A stretch of 55,273 nucleotides of DNA from Candidatus Bathyarchaeota archaeon JdFR-07. GTDB taxonomy: Archaea > Thermoproteota > Bathyarchaeia > Bathyarchaeales > Bathycorpusculaceae. Below are positions 37,564-46,288 of the stretch, in pieces (the stretch's first letter is position 1; each line of letters begins with the position of its first letter). The translations under genes and the position numbers were made by a program. Location of the stretch: assembly GCA_002010975.1 (NCBI GenBank), contig MTLU01000043.1:1-55273 (forward strand), given 5' to 3'. A model generated the notes under the pieces. That model was not told the origin of the DNA. It searched no databases and saw only the letters and a program-made list of their open reading frames with translations.

Positions 37564-38117
37564 GAAATTCCACGAGCAATCAACCTAGCTACTCGAAGAG
37601 GCTCTGGAATCCTCCCACAAATAGATAAAGCGCGAATAACATTGGCTGCCCATTCTACACTTGCCCCCACCACATTAAAATATAAAGGCAGCTTGTCAGC
37701 CAAAATTATAACTTGATTGAAACCATGTAATTTTGCAAAAGCTTTCCATCGTAACTTCCAGTCTGCGAAGTGTCGCTGAAGAGCTTTCTTAACTGCCTTG
37801 TTGTCTGGCTTGTTACGTGTTACAACAATAACAGGCTTCATAAATTTTTCATAAATTAAAAACGGATCAATTACATTAAAACCCGCAAAAGAGATTCCGG
37901 CAAGCATTACCACCTCAAACATCCAGTTCATCAAGATTTTGCTAAAAATTTCTGTTGCATCAAAGCCGTCAACAGTTATTTTTTCTACTTTTATATCTTC
38001 AATTCTTGTTCCCTTAAATAAGACTGCAGCAAGAAATGTTTTTGGAGTCAAACCTTTCTGAAAACTTCCATCTTCAACGCCGACTACGGATAGATCCCGA
38101 AAGACATTTAAAGTCAT
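37560..38117 (-). CDS. DUF99 family (endonuclease V-like) protein
   Basis: VGVEDG, VDGFDAT, GISFAGFNVID, GRIPEPLRVARLIA. Confidence 0.88.
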   Translation of the reverse strand: MTLNVFRDLSVVGVEDGSFQKGLTPKTFLAAVLFKGTRIEDIKVEKITVDGFDATEIFSKILMNWMFEVVMLAGISFAGFNVIDPFLIYEKFMKPVIVVTRNKPDNKAVKKALQRHFADWKLRWKAFAKLHGFNQVIILADKLPLYFNVVGASVEWAANVIRALSICGRIPEPLRVARLIARGIS

Positions 38118-39324
38118 ATTTAACCAAACGCCCAAGCCTATTGTCATCAGAAAAAATGTCTCTAATAAGAGTACGGGATAGCTCCAATCTAATTTTTTTG
38201 GTGCGACCGTAACGTCCCATACTTACTACTTTAGCGTTCACTAATCCCATTGAATCGAGTTCATTAATCAGTGTACTTAAACGACGCTGTGTCAGTGGAA
38301 TAACACCAAGTTCTCCGCAAAGTTCAGAATAAACTTCATAAATCTCACCTGTAATTGCTCGGCGCTTTTCAACCCTGTTAAGGTGAAAAACGCTTAAAAG
38401 CACAAGTTTAGAATGTAAAGTCAAATTTCTAATAGCTTCAACTACACGATTATGTTCTATACAACTTTCAGCCTCACGCACATGATCTTCTAAGACAACA
38501 TTAAACCCTTTACGTTCTGCAACTTCACCAGCAACACGTAACAAATCCAGTGCCCTTCGGGCATCCCCATGTTCTGCAGCAGCCAATGCCGCGCAAAGAC
38601 TGACAGCCGCATCAGATAATACACCCTTACGAAAGGCCAGTTGGGCACGCGCCATAAGAATGCTTTTTAGTTCACTAGCATCATAAGGCCTAAAAACAAT
38701 TTCTTCTTCACTAAGTGTGCTAAAAACGCGTGGATCAAGATATTCCTTCAACCTAAGGTCGTTAGATATTCCAATAATGGACAACTTGCTATTAAATAAA
38801 GTCTCATTTATTCTAGTCAATTCATAAAGAAGCCCATCGCCCTTTGTTTTCACTAACGCATCGATCTCATCCAAAACCGCAATAAGCAATATTTTAGACT
38901 CATTTAGGCCTACTTTAAATCGGTCAAAAACCTCTCCAACAGACAAACCAGTAAAAGGCACTGACACTCCAATACTTTGACATAAACTTGAAAAAGTACG
39001 ATATTCTGATCCTGTCATGCGACAATTAACATAACAAAACTTTACAGGAGCTCCAAACTCCTTCGCCTTATTTTCAAGATAACTCAAGACATACCTTGAA
39101 ACGGCAGTTTTCCCTGTTCCAGTTTTTCCATATAAAAAAACATTCGAACATCTTTTTCCTTTAAGTACTGGTGCAACAGTTTCACCTAGCCGTCTAATTT
39201 GTTCCTCACGATGGGGTAATCTTTCAGGTAAATAATCGTGACGAAGAACATCTCTATCCTCAAAAATTTTTGAGTCTAACATTGATTTGTTAAATATTTT
39301 CTCCAGTATGTTTTGGTTACACAC
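38074..39324 (-). CDS. cdc6: Orc1/Cdc6 replication initiator
   Basis: YLPERLPHREEQI, GKTGTGKT, LDEID, HGDARRALDLLR, and a C-terminal wHTH with SMGRYGRT. Confidence 0.97.
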   Translation of the reverse strand: MCNQNILEKIFNKSMLDSKIFEDRDVLRHDYLPERLPHREEQIRRLGETVAPVLKGKRCSNVFLYGKTGTGKTAVSRYVLSYLENKAKEFGAPVKFCYVNCRMTGSEYRTFSSLCQSIGVSVPFTGLSVGEVFDRFKVGLNESKILLIAVLDEIDALVKTKGDGLLYELTRINETLFNSKLSIIGISNDLRLKEYLDPRVFSTLSEEEIVFRPYDASELKSILMARAQLAFRKGVLSDAAVSLCAALAAAEHGDARRALDLLRVAGEVAERKGFNVVLEDHVREAESCIEHNRVVEAIRNLTLHSKLVLLSVFHLNRVEKRRAITGEIYEVYSELCGELGVIPLTQRRLSTLINELDSMGLVNAKVVSMGRYGRTKKIRLELSRTLIRDIFSDDNRLGRLVKYDFKCLSGSIRSRR

Positions 39325-39373
39325 AAACGCCGTCTCCTTTCGTCTCTTTAAATTCAGAAGTCAAACTTCATTT

Positions 39374-39395
39374 TAACTAGAATATAACTAGAATA
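39374..39395 (+). repeat. Tandem 11-bp repeat upstream of cdc6
   Basis: TAACTAGAATA x2. Confidence 0.6.
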
Positions 39396-39458
39396 ATAAA
39401 ACATGTTATACAGAAAACTAAAGCTCCTGCACAAAAAACTTGCAAAAATTAAGGCTCA

Positions 39459-39479
39459 CCCCCTTTTTTCTAGTGGAAA
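39459..39479 (-). promoter_or_regulatory. ORB element 1
   Basis: Minus strand TTTCCACTAGAAAAAAGGGGG fits TCCAnTnGAAA plus G-string. Confidence 0.85.
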
Positions 39480-39633
39480 TCTTCTTTTTATCTGTAGAGT
39501 AATGTTGATTTCTGTTCTAAAAAGAAATATACTCCATTAGGTAAGATAATTCTATTTAATAAAATTATTATTGTATAGAAAAATAAACTTAAGTAATCAT
39601 TTAATTTTCAATTCATATCTATAGACAAGTAAT

Positions 39634-39653
39634 CTCCAATTGAAATACAGGGG
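39634..39653 (+). promoter_or_regulatory. ORB element 2
   Basis: CTCCAATTGAAATACAGGGG, inverted relative to ORB1 across a ~150 bp AT-rich candidate unwinding element. Confidence 0.85.
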
Positions 39654-39850
39654 TCTGTCAGCACAATGTTTTCTTTCAAAATTACGTATGGTTTATTACG
39701 TTTACCCTGATTGATACGTCTGAATTTTTCTCTTTCAATTCTTCTTCTTCACTTATTGTTAAAACCTTGTGAAATTGATTTATTTATACCATTTTTTCTA
39801 AGATTTTTTGTACAAAATTAACTTTTTTGTGACCTTTTTCTGTGAAACCG

Positions 39851-39874
39851 CCCCCCCTACGTTTCTACTGGAAA
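39851..39874 (-). promoter_or_regulatory. ORB element 3
   Basis: Minus strand TTTCCAGTAGAAACGTAGGGGGGG. Confidence 0.85.
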
Positions 39875-40072
39875 TAACAGAATAATTCAAAATCTTTTTT
39901 ATTCATGTATTTTACAATTCTGTGAAACCTGTAGAGCTTAAAGCAATTAAGTTTTTACTTCTTTTACTCTTTTAAGCATTCTAATGATTTATTTATTTCC
40001 AATTTTTCACCGTAATAGCTATAACATGTGAAATGTAAATTTGTGAACAACCAAAAAGGTGCCTTAGGATTA

Positions 40073-40507
40073 ATGCCAGCAAGAAAAATGCGAATTGAGC
40101 TATTCGACAGTGAGGGTAACAAATATACTATAGCGTTTGAAGGACAAATAACCCGAGAAAAAGCTCTTCGTTTGCTGGATTTAGTGGAACTTTTAGGTGG
40201 AATGCCTGAAGATGGGGCACTTGCATCAAAAATCAACCCTTTATTAATGTCTGCTCACTTATCTAAATACGATAAAGTTCGTGCAGTAATTCAGAAAAAT
40301 TTTCCACTCACTTGGTTTTCTTCGCGTGAAGCTCAAACAATTTATGAAAAAGAGTTTAAGGAACCCATCAGTCTAAGCACCGTGGCAACTTACCTATCCA
40401 GAATGGTGAAAAAAGGTCTTCTCCTTAAGGCTGGATCCTCTAATAGGTTAAAATATAAATTAGCACAGGTCTATCCTTCCGCAGTTCTTAGCCGCAAAAT
40501 ACCTTAA
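40073..40507 (+). CDS. Uncharacterised origin-adjacent protein with a C-terminal winged helix
   Basis: Small N-terminal domain (RIELFDSEGNKYTIAFEG); C-terminal FSSREAQTIYEKEFKEPISLSTVATYLSRMVKKGLL..G...KY. Confidence 0.8.
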   Translation: MPARKMRIELFDSEGNKYTIAFEGQITREKALRLLDLVELLGGMPEDGALASKINPLLMSAHLSKYDKVRAVIQKNFPLTWFSSREAQTIYEKEFKEPISLSTVATYLSRMVKKGLLLKAGSSNRLKYKLAQVYPSAVLSRKIP

Positions 40508-40512
40508 ATGGA

Positions 40513-41220
40513 CTAGCTTTCTGCTTTTTTCAAAATTTTCTCCATCTCTTTTTTTATGCGATACTTAAACGGAATCTTCCCAGTTTCTCTTTCCAAATAT
40601 CCTTCTTCATAAAGCTTTTTCATCAGTCTTGCTGTATGCTCTCTGCTAAGTTTTATTCTTTCTTTTATTTCAGGAGCAGTTTTAGGCCCTTCAGAAGATA
40701 ACATTTCCAAAACAGTTAATTCGGTTTCGGTTAAAGGTGCAATGGCCTTTTCTCTTCTTATCGGTATCGCTGCCTCAACCTTCAATTCATGAACAGGTGA
40801 AATATTTGCTGTTGCTTTCTCCTCAATCTCAGAAATTTTAATCGATAATTCTTTCTGTAATTTTGTAACATCACGCAATTCGTTCTCAAGTGAGTCAAAC
40901 TTCGCTAATATCCCTTCTTTAACCTTAAGCATCGACTTAACTTTACTTTCTAATAACTCCATTTTTCTTTCAATATTAGTCATCTTTTCAGAAACACTTC
41001 CATTTTTAGCGGAAACTGCTTCTAACTTGTAAGCGACGCTTTCTACTTTTTCTGCTTCTTGTCTAAGCTGTCTATTAAAACTTAGAATAATGTCTTTCAA
41101 AACATCTCTAGCTTTCTCGTATTCTCTTCTAATAATGCGAAGTTCTTTGTAATATTCTAGTGCAGCGCCGACAGTTAAAGCAGCTAAAACACCTATAAGA
41201 ATTAATATTATTTCAACCAC
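40513..41220 (-). CDS. Membrane-anchored coiled-coil protein with a C-terminal winged HTH
   Basis: N-terminal hydrophobic segment (IILILIGVLAALTVGAAL), a ~110 aa heptad-rich region, then LTETELTVLEML...KTAPEIKERIKLSREHTARLMKKLYEEGYLER...FKY. Confidence 0.85.
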   Translation of the reverse strand: MVEIILILIGVLAALTVGAALEYYKELRIIRREYEKARDVLKDIILSFNRQLRQEAEKVESVAYKLEAVSAKNGSVSEKMTNIERKMELLESKVKSMLKVKEGILAKFDSLENELRDVTKLQKELSIKISEIEEKATANISPVHELKVEAAIPIRREKAIAPLTETELTVLEMLSSEGPKTAPEIKERIKLSREHTARLMKKLYEEGYLERETGKIPFKYRIKKEMEKILKKAES

Positions 41221-41232
41221 ATTACATACCCC

Positions 41233-41505
41233 TGTGATTTAATTGTGATTAAATGTGATTTGCTATTGTTGCATCACACATCACATATCACCATTAAACA
41301 TTTAAAGATTATGGTAAATGCTTCATGAATCAAATTATATGATGTCACACATCACAGTATAATAACGGATTATTGTTTATGGAATATTAAAAGAAGCTTT
41401 TTAAGCTGTCTTTTCGAAATTATGCCCTTATCCCTAGCCTGAATTTTTAATATTTCACTTATAAGGAACACGGCAATTTAATTTGATGTGATTTGTGACA
41501 TCACA
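41233..41505. repeat. Cluster of TGTGA/TCACA repeats (iteron- or centromere-like)
   Basis: TGTGATT at 41233, 41244 and 41254; TCACA at 41274, 41281, 41345 and 41352; TGTGA at 41487 and 41494; TCACA at 41501. Confidence 0.8.
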
Positions 41506-41980
41506 AAAAGCCTTCAGATGGATTTGACAGTTTTTTTAGTCCTGTTTCGAGCTCTTCCCTCATTATTTCTATGATTTTAAGTTGTTCATCTTCGTATTTA
41601 TCCCTATTCATCATTGCCTTATATGTATCAAGATATTCTTGTAATTTGTTCGCTATTTCTAAATATAGGTCGAGAGTTGTGCTCTCAAAAACTCCCAAAT
41701 ATCCTAAAAGTAGCACTGTGTAAATAGATTTTACAACATTTTCTTTCGCCTGTTTTAACGTCCTATTAAATGCTCCGCGGCTTATTTTAGCCTTTGTTAG
41801 CCTTAATCTGGCTTTTTCATCGTATTTTAAAGGTTTTTTGGCAATATTTTCGGATAAAACATCTATAAGCAATGTTTCTAGCTGTGTTTTAGTTAAATGG
41901 CTATTTCTAGCCAGTATTTTAACAACAGGGTCGTTTAAGGAGCTTATAAGCCACATTTGGACAGTTTCTTTAAGTTTCAA
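41501..41980 (-). CDS. Uncharacterised helical protein with an HTH-like segment
   Basis: NSHLTKTQLETLL...YDEKARLR...ISRGAFNRTLKQAKENV resembles an HTH. A TTG start at 41980 follows a purine-rich SD-like stretch (ORF track start 42106). Confidence 0.75.
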   Translation of the reverse strand: MKLKETVQMWLISSLNDPVVKILARNSHLTKTQLETLLIDVLSENIAKKPLKYDEKARLRLTKAKISRGAFNRTLKQAKENVVKSIYTVLLLGYLGVFESTTLDLYLEIANKLQEYLDTYKAMMNRDKYEDEQLKIIEIMREELETGLKKLSNPSEGFL

Positions 41981-42123
41981 TTTCCTTCTCTTCCCGTTAT
42001 TCCTAATGGATACATCTTTGTATACAAGCTTTTTAAAACTAACTATTTTGCAATGATTTCTGCGTTTTCTGGACGTAAACATTTTATTTAAAGGATAACA
42101 ATGCATAATGAGGTAAAAATTAA

Positions 42124-43293
42124 TTGAGTCAAAAAATTAAGCTTGCAGAGCGTCTAAAAAATGTAAAGCCTTCTGGAATTCGTCGATTTTTCCGTTTAGC
42201 CGAAAAAACGTCTAGTAGCATCAATTTAAGTGTAGGAGAACCTGATTTTCGGCCCCCTAAGCACGCTTTGGACGCGGGATTGCAAGCAGCAAAAGAAGGT
42301 AAAACGCATTATGCACAAACTAATGGAATTCAAGAGCTTCGAGAAGCTCTAGCACAGAAGGCTTACAGGGATTACGGTCTTAATTATGATCCAGATTCTG
42401 AAATTTTGATTACTGTTGGTGGGACAGAAGCCGTTTTTTTAGCTCTCTTCAGCCTAGTAAATCCAGGTGAAGAGGTTCTTATTCCAGATCCCGGTTTTGT
42501 ATGCTACGAGCCCGGCATATTTTTGGCTGGTGGAATCCCTGTTCATTTTCCTTTGTTAGAGAAAAACGAGTTTAGACCTTCTATTGATAATGTGATATCA
42601 CTTCTCACAGAAAAATCACGTGTGATGATGCTAAACTTTCCAAATAACCCGACAGGAGCCATCCTTTCTTACAACGAGGCGGCCTCTTTAGCTAAAATTG
42701 CTGTTGAACGTGATATGATTGTGATTTCTGACGAAGTTTACGAAAAAATAATTTACAACGATGCAAAGCATTATTGTCTTGCTACTTTTCCAGGGATGCA
42801 AGAACGTACCTTGGTTGTCAACTCGTTTTCAAAAACTTACGCAATGACAGGTTTAAGAGTTGGATATGTGTACGGGCCTAAGGAGCTTATTTCTTCTCTT
42901 TGGCTTGCTCATCAATACACCGTTGCTTGCGTTGATACGCTAGCACAATACATTGCCTTAGCGGCTTTGAGAGGGCCTCAAGATTTTGTTGAAAATATGG
43001 TGCGAGAGTTCGATAGGCGACGACGCCTTGTTTACAAAAGACTTAACGAAATTAAAGGGTTCCACTGCCTTCTTCCAAAGGGCGCATTTTACGTATATCC
43101 GAACGTAAAAAATTTTGGCATGTCCTCCGAGCAATTCGCAGAGTTCTTGGCAAAAGAAGCTAAAGTCATCACTGTTCCAGGTTCAGCTTTTGGTAATTAT
43201 GGCGAAGGGTACATAAGACTTTCCTATGCTGCAGCTTACAGCGATTTAGAAAAGGCATTAAATCGTATTGAAAAAGCCGTGAAAAAGGTATAA
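42124..43293 (+). CDS. PLP-dependent aminotransferase class I/II
   Basis: GEPDF, NFPNNPTG, SDEVYE, NSFSKTYAMTGLRVG, IRLSYA. Confidence 0.95.
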   Translation: MSQKIKLAERLKNVKPSGIRRFFRLAEKTSSSINLSVGEPDFRPPKHALDAGLQAAKEGKTHYAQTNGIQELREALAQKAYRDYGLNYDPDSEILITVGGTEAVFLALFSLVNPGEEVLIPDPGFVCYEPGIFLAGGIPVHFPLLEKNEFRPSIDNVISLLTEKSRVMMLNFPNNPTGAILSYNEAASLAKIAVERDMIVISDEVYEKIIYNDAKHYCLATFPGMQERTLVVNSFSKTYAMTGLRVGYVYGPKELISSLWLAHQYTVACVDTLAQYIALAALRGPQDFVENMVREFDRRRRLVYKRLNEIKGFHCLLPKGAFYVYPNVKNFGMSSEQFAEFLAKEAKVITVPGSAFGNYGEGYIRLSYAAAYSDLEKALNRIEKAVKKV

Positions 43294-43296
43294 AAA

Positions 43297-44139
43297 TTAT
43301 AGATGTTCCGCACATTTTTTTAATTCATCAAAAAGTTCTGGCCGTAGATCCTTTAATGTGGGAACAAAAGTTTCAATGGGCTTTATGTCTCTGTAGTCCA
43401 CATCACATATCACAAAGTCTTCTTCATCATATTTTGCCTTGGCAAGAACTCTTCCACTTGGGGCGATTAAACGGCTTCCTCCCCAAAACTGCAAACCATC
43501 TTCAATTCCTACAAGGTTCACATAAGCTAGAAAAGTAGTGTTTTCTATGGCTCTGGCTGCTGTCAGGATCTCAAAAAATGTTTTACGGACTGCTGGTGAA
43601 GCAGAAATACAAACAATAAGTTGTGCTCCTTTTAATCGGGTTATGCGGCTAACTTCCGGAAAGAAAATGTCATAACATATGATTAATCCTAATCTTCCAA
43701 GTTCCGTATAGAAGACTGCTGATTGATATCCAGGGCGAAAATAACGTTTTTCTTCAAAGACGCTATGAGTTGGAAGATACATTTTTCGATATTTTCCGAT
43801 GTATCCTTTGGGGCCTACTAGAACTGCCGTATTATAAATCGTTGCTTTGGTTTTTTCGCTTACTTCGGGCATGCCAAAGATGATATGTGTTTGCGTTTTC
43901 TCAGCTATTTTCTCCACGGCGTAAGTGGACGGGCCAGGTATTATTTCTGCCAGTTCGTAAATCTGGTCTCTAACTACATAACCTGTTAAAGATAATTCTG
44001 GGAAAATTACAAGATCCACTGATTGATCCTTAAACTTTTTCACAATTTCTTCCATTTTCTTTAAGTTTTCTTCTTTATTTGCTCGTTTACAGCTTATTTG
44101 TGCTAAAGCTATTCTGACTCTTTCTTTCATTTTTATCAC
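43297..44139 (-). CDS. Carbon-nitrogen hydrolase (nitrilase family); probable glutaminase partner of NadE
   Basis: FPELSLTGY, YRKMYLP, ICYDIFFPE (E-K-C triad); directly downstream of nadE. Confidence 0.9.
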   Translation of the reverse strand: MIKMKERVRIALAQISCKRANKEENLKKMEEIVKKFKDQSVDLVIFPELSLTGYVVRDQIYELAEIIPGPSTYAVEKIAEKTQTHIIFGMPEVSEKTKATIYNTAVLVGPKGYIGKYRKMYLPTHSVFEEKRYFRPGYQSAVFYTELGRLGLIICYDIFFPEVSRITRLKGAQLIVCISASPAVRKTFFEILTAARAIENTTFLAYVNLVGIEDGLQFWGGSRLIAPSGRVLAKAKYDEEDFVICDVDYRDIKPIETFVPTLKDLRPELFDELKKCAEHL

Positions 44140-44140
44140 T

Positions 44141-45004
44141 TCAATAATAAAAGTAGTGGCGTGAGAGTCTAAAATCTGCTCCTACTGTTCGATATTCTAG
44201 TTTTGGTGCTAATAGAACTCGTCTTTTGTGTTCTGTTGAAAGCCATCTTTGTTTTATTTTTTTTACCAAGTCCTCCCTTATTTCTAGCTGATTTGCTATG
44301 TCATCTGTTTGCATAAAATGTTCAAGTCCGTAAAGAATTAGATCAAGGAGTTCATACTTTATGCCTAATTCTTTTTCTGCAGATTGGCCTGGCCACAAGG
44401 TTGGCGATGGTGGTTTTTCAATTATTTCGCTTGGAATGCCTAAATGTTTCGCAAGTCTCTGTACTTGGGTTTTATATAAATCCATTATCGGGAATATGTC
44501 GGCTGCAACATCTCCCCATTTTGTAAAATACCCCATCATCGTTTCAGACTTATCAGCGCTTCCACCTACTAGCATGTTAAGTTTGTTTGCATAATAGTAT
44601 ATGTAGATCATCCTTGTTCGGGCTTTTATGTTTCCTTTACATACGTTGTCAAGAGGATCAAATATTGGTAGGGAATTATAGAAACTTTCTAGTGTAGCCG
44701 TGATTTCTATTAATTCTGTTTTTAGGCCAAATTTTTTTGCGACATTCTCTGCATGGGCGATCTCTTTTTTGTTATAAGTTTCTTTTTCTGGTAGAATAAG
44801 TCCTAAAACTTTATCGCCACCAATTGCTAGAGCTGCAAGGGCAGCGGTTGTTGAACTGTCAATTCCCCCTGACATTCCTAACACAATGCCCTTTGCTCCC
44901 GCTTTGGAGACATAATCTCTAATGAAGTTTTTTATTTTTTGCTCGACTTCTACCCAGTCCAAATTTAAGATTGATGGATTTAACCGCAATGTACATATCC
45001 TCAT
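44141..45004 (-). CDS. nadE: NAD+ synthetase
   Basis: MSGGIDSS, GNIKARTRM, GYFTKWGD, DLYKTQV, KPPSPTLWPGQ, HKR. The real start may be slightly downstream. Confidence 0.96.
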   Translation of the reverse strand: MRICTLRLNPSILNLDWVEVEQKIKNFIRDYVSKAGAKGIVLGMSGGIDSSTTAALAALAIGGDKVLGLILPEKETYNKKEIAHAENVAKKFGLKTELIEITATLESFYNSLPIFDPLDNVCKGNIKARTRMIYIYYYANKLNMLVGGSADKSETMMGYFTKWGDVAADIFPIMDLYKTQVQRLAKHLGIPSEIIEKPPSPTLWPGQSAEKELGIKYELLDLILYGLEHFMQTDDIANQLEIREDLVKKIKQRWLSTEHKRRVLLAPKLEYRTVGADFRLSRHYFYY

Positions 45005-45087
45005 TTTTTATGGAGTGGTAGCTGTATTTAAGGACAAACATAAAATATCTGTACATCCCCCTTTTAGGATATAGAAGGCATAAAAGT

Positions 45088-45354
45088 ATGGGGCGAAGAA
45101 GAAGAAAGGTTGTGCGTATTCCTAAGAGACGATTGCCTAAATTCTTCTCTTGCCCAAGGTGTGGAAAGAGAACAGTAAGAGTTGAGATTTCCAAGGAAGA
45201 AGGACATGCAGTTGTAGGTTGTAGTAGCTGCGGTGTCAAAGACGAATTCTTTATTAAACCTGCTCAAAGCGAAATTGATGTTTACTGTATGTTTACAGAC
45301 AAGTTTTATGGAAGTTATAGAAAGATTTCGGCCTCTCAATCTGAAAGTAATTAA
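45088..45354 (+). CDS. elf1: Transcription elongation factor Elf1
   Basis: MGRRRRK...[11 protein letters not shown]...CSSCG...IDVYCMFTD. Confidence 0.92.
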   Translation: MGRRRRKVVRIPKRRLPKFFSCPRCGKRTVRVEISKEEGHAVVGCSSCGVKDEFFIKPAQSEIDVYCMFTDKFYGSYRKISASQSESN

Positions 45355-45373
45355 GTTTAGGTTGGAACCTTTT

Positions 45374-46123
45374 ATGGTTGGACATGTTGAAAGGTATCTT
45401 CTTGAAAAAATGGAGGCTGAAAATTCTATTCATCTTACCCTTATAGATCCTGAGAAAGTAACACCTCCTCAAGCTTCTTCAATAGCCGTTAAAGCAAAAC
45501 TTAGTGGGACATCAGCCATAATGGTTGGAGGGTCAACTTTCGTCTCAACTAAACACCTAGATAGTGTTGTAAAGGCTATTAAGCGGACAGCGAAACTTCC
45601 AGTAATTCTGTTTCCAAACAATGTGACTGGTATAAGTCGGTACGCTGATGCTATATGGTTTATGTCCCTTCTAAATTCGGTTGACCCATACTTCTTGGTA
45701 GGAGCCCAGATTTTAGGTGCCCCGATGGTAAAAAAATATCGCTTGGAACCAATTCCCATGGGCTACATCATTGTAGGCGACGGTGGTACTGCCGGTATTG
45801 TCGGCAAGGCTGTACCAATACCTTATAACAAACCAGAACTCGCTGCAGCTCACGCTTTAGCTGGGCAATATTTGGGCATGCGTTTCATCTACTTGGAAGG
45901 AGGATCGGGGGCTAGAAAACCTGTTCCTCCCGAAATGATTCGCACCGTTAAAAACTATATAGATGTTCCTTTGATTGTGGGAGGAGGCATAAAAACTAGG
46001 AAACAAGCATTAACCGCTGTAGCTGCTGGAGCAGACATTATTGTAACTGGGAATATCGTAGAAAACAGGGAAGTTAAGGACAAGGTCTCAGAAATTATTA
46101 AAGGCATTAAAGGCAGCAGATAG
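45374..46123 (+). CDS. Geranylgeranylglyceryl phosphate synthase
   Basis: TLIDPEK, IMVGGS, PVILFP, SLLNS, YLEGGSGA, VGGGI, VTGN. ATG 45374 preferred as start. Confidence 0.95.
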   Translation: MVGHVERYLLEKMEAENSIHLTLIDPEKVTPPQASSIAVKAKLSGTSAIMVGGSTFVSTKHLDSVVKAIKRTAKLPVILFPNNVTGISRYADAIWFMSLLNSVDPYFLVGAQILGAPMVKKYRLEPIPMGYIIVGDGGTAGIVGKAVPIPYNKPELAAAHALAGQYLGMRFIYLEGGSGARKPVPPEMIRTVKNYIDVPLIVGGGIKTRKQALTAVAAGADIIVTGNIVENREVKDKVSEIIKGIKGSR

Positions 46124-46288
46124 TAGTGCAAGGATTTGTTTTGAAAAGTGGCCTGTTATATTTTTGTGTAGAATTAATATGGAATAACGGCTACTCAGCC
46201 TTTGTTTTTGCTTTTTTCATGTCACGAAAGGGAAATAAACAGAACATGTAAACAGAGTTGCGGAGACAAGGAAAGTTTGAACAATAAT

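Larger units (their letters stand above)
39459..39874. other. Chromosomal replication origin (oriC)
   Basis: Three ORB-like elements and AT-rich spacers in the ~750 bp non-coding gap next to cdc6. Confidence 0.88.

Noticed and set aside
39964..40236. 90 aa minus-strand ORF at the origin edge
   Set aside because: It is antisense to the better-supported wHTH gene at 40073-40507.
41233..41505. Repeat cluster as a CRISPR or mini-CRISPR array
   Set aside because: The repeats are only 5-7 bp, occur in both orientations without regular 30-40 bp spacers, and no cas genes are present.
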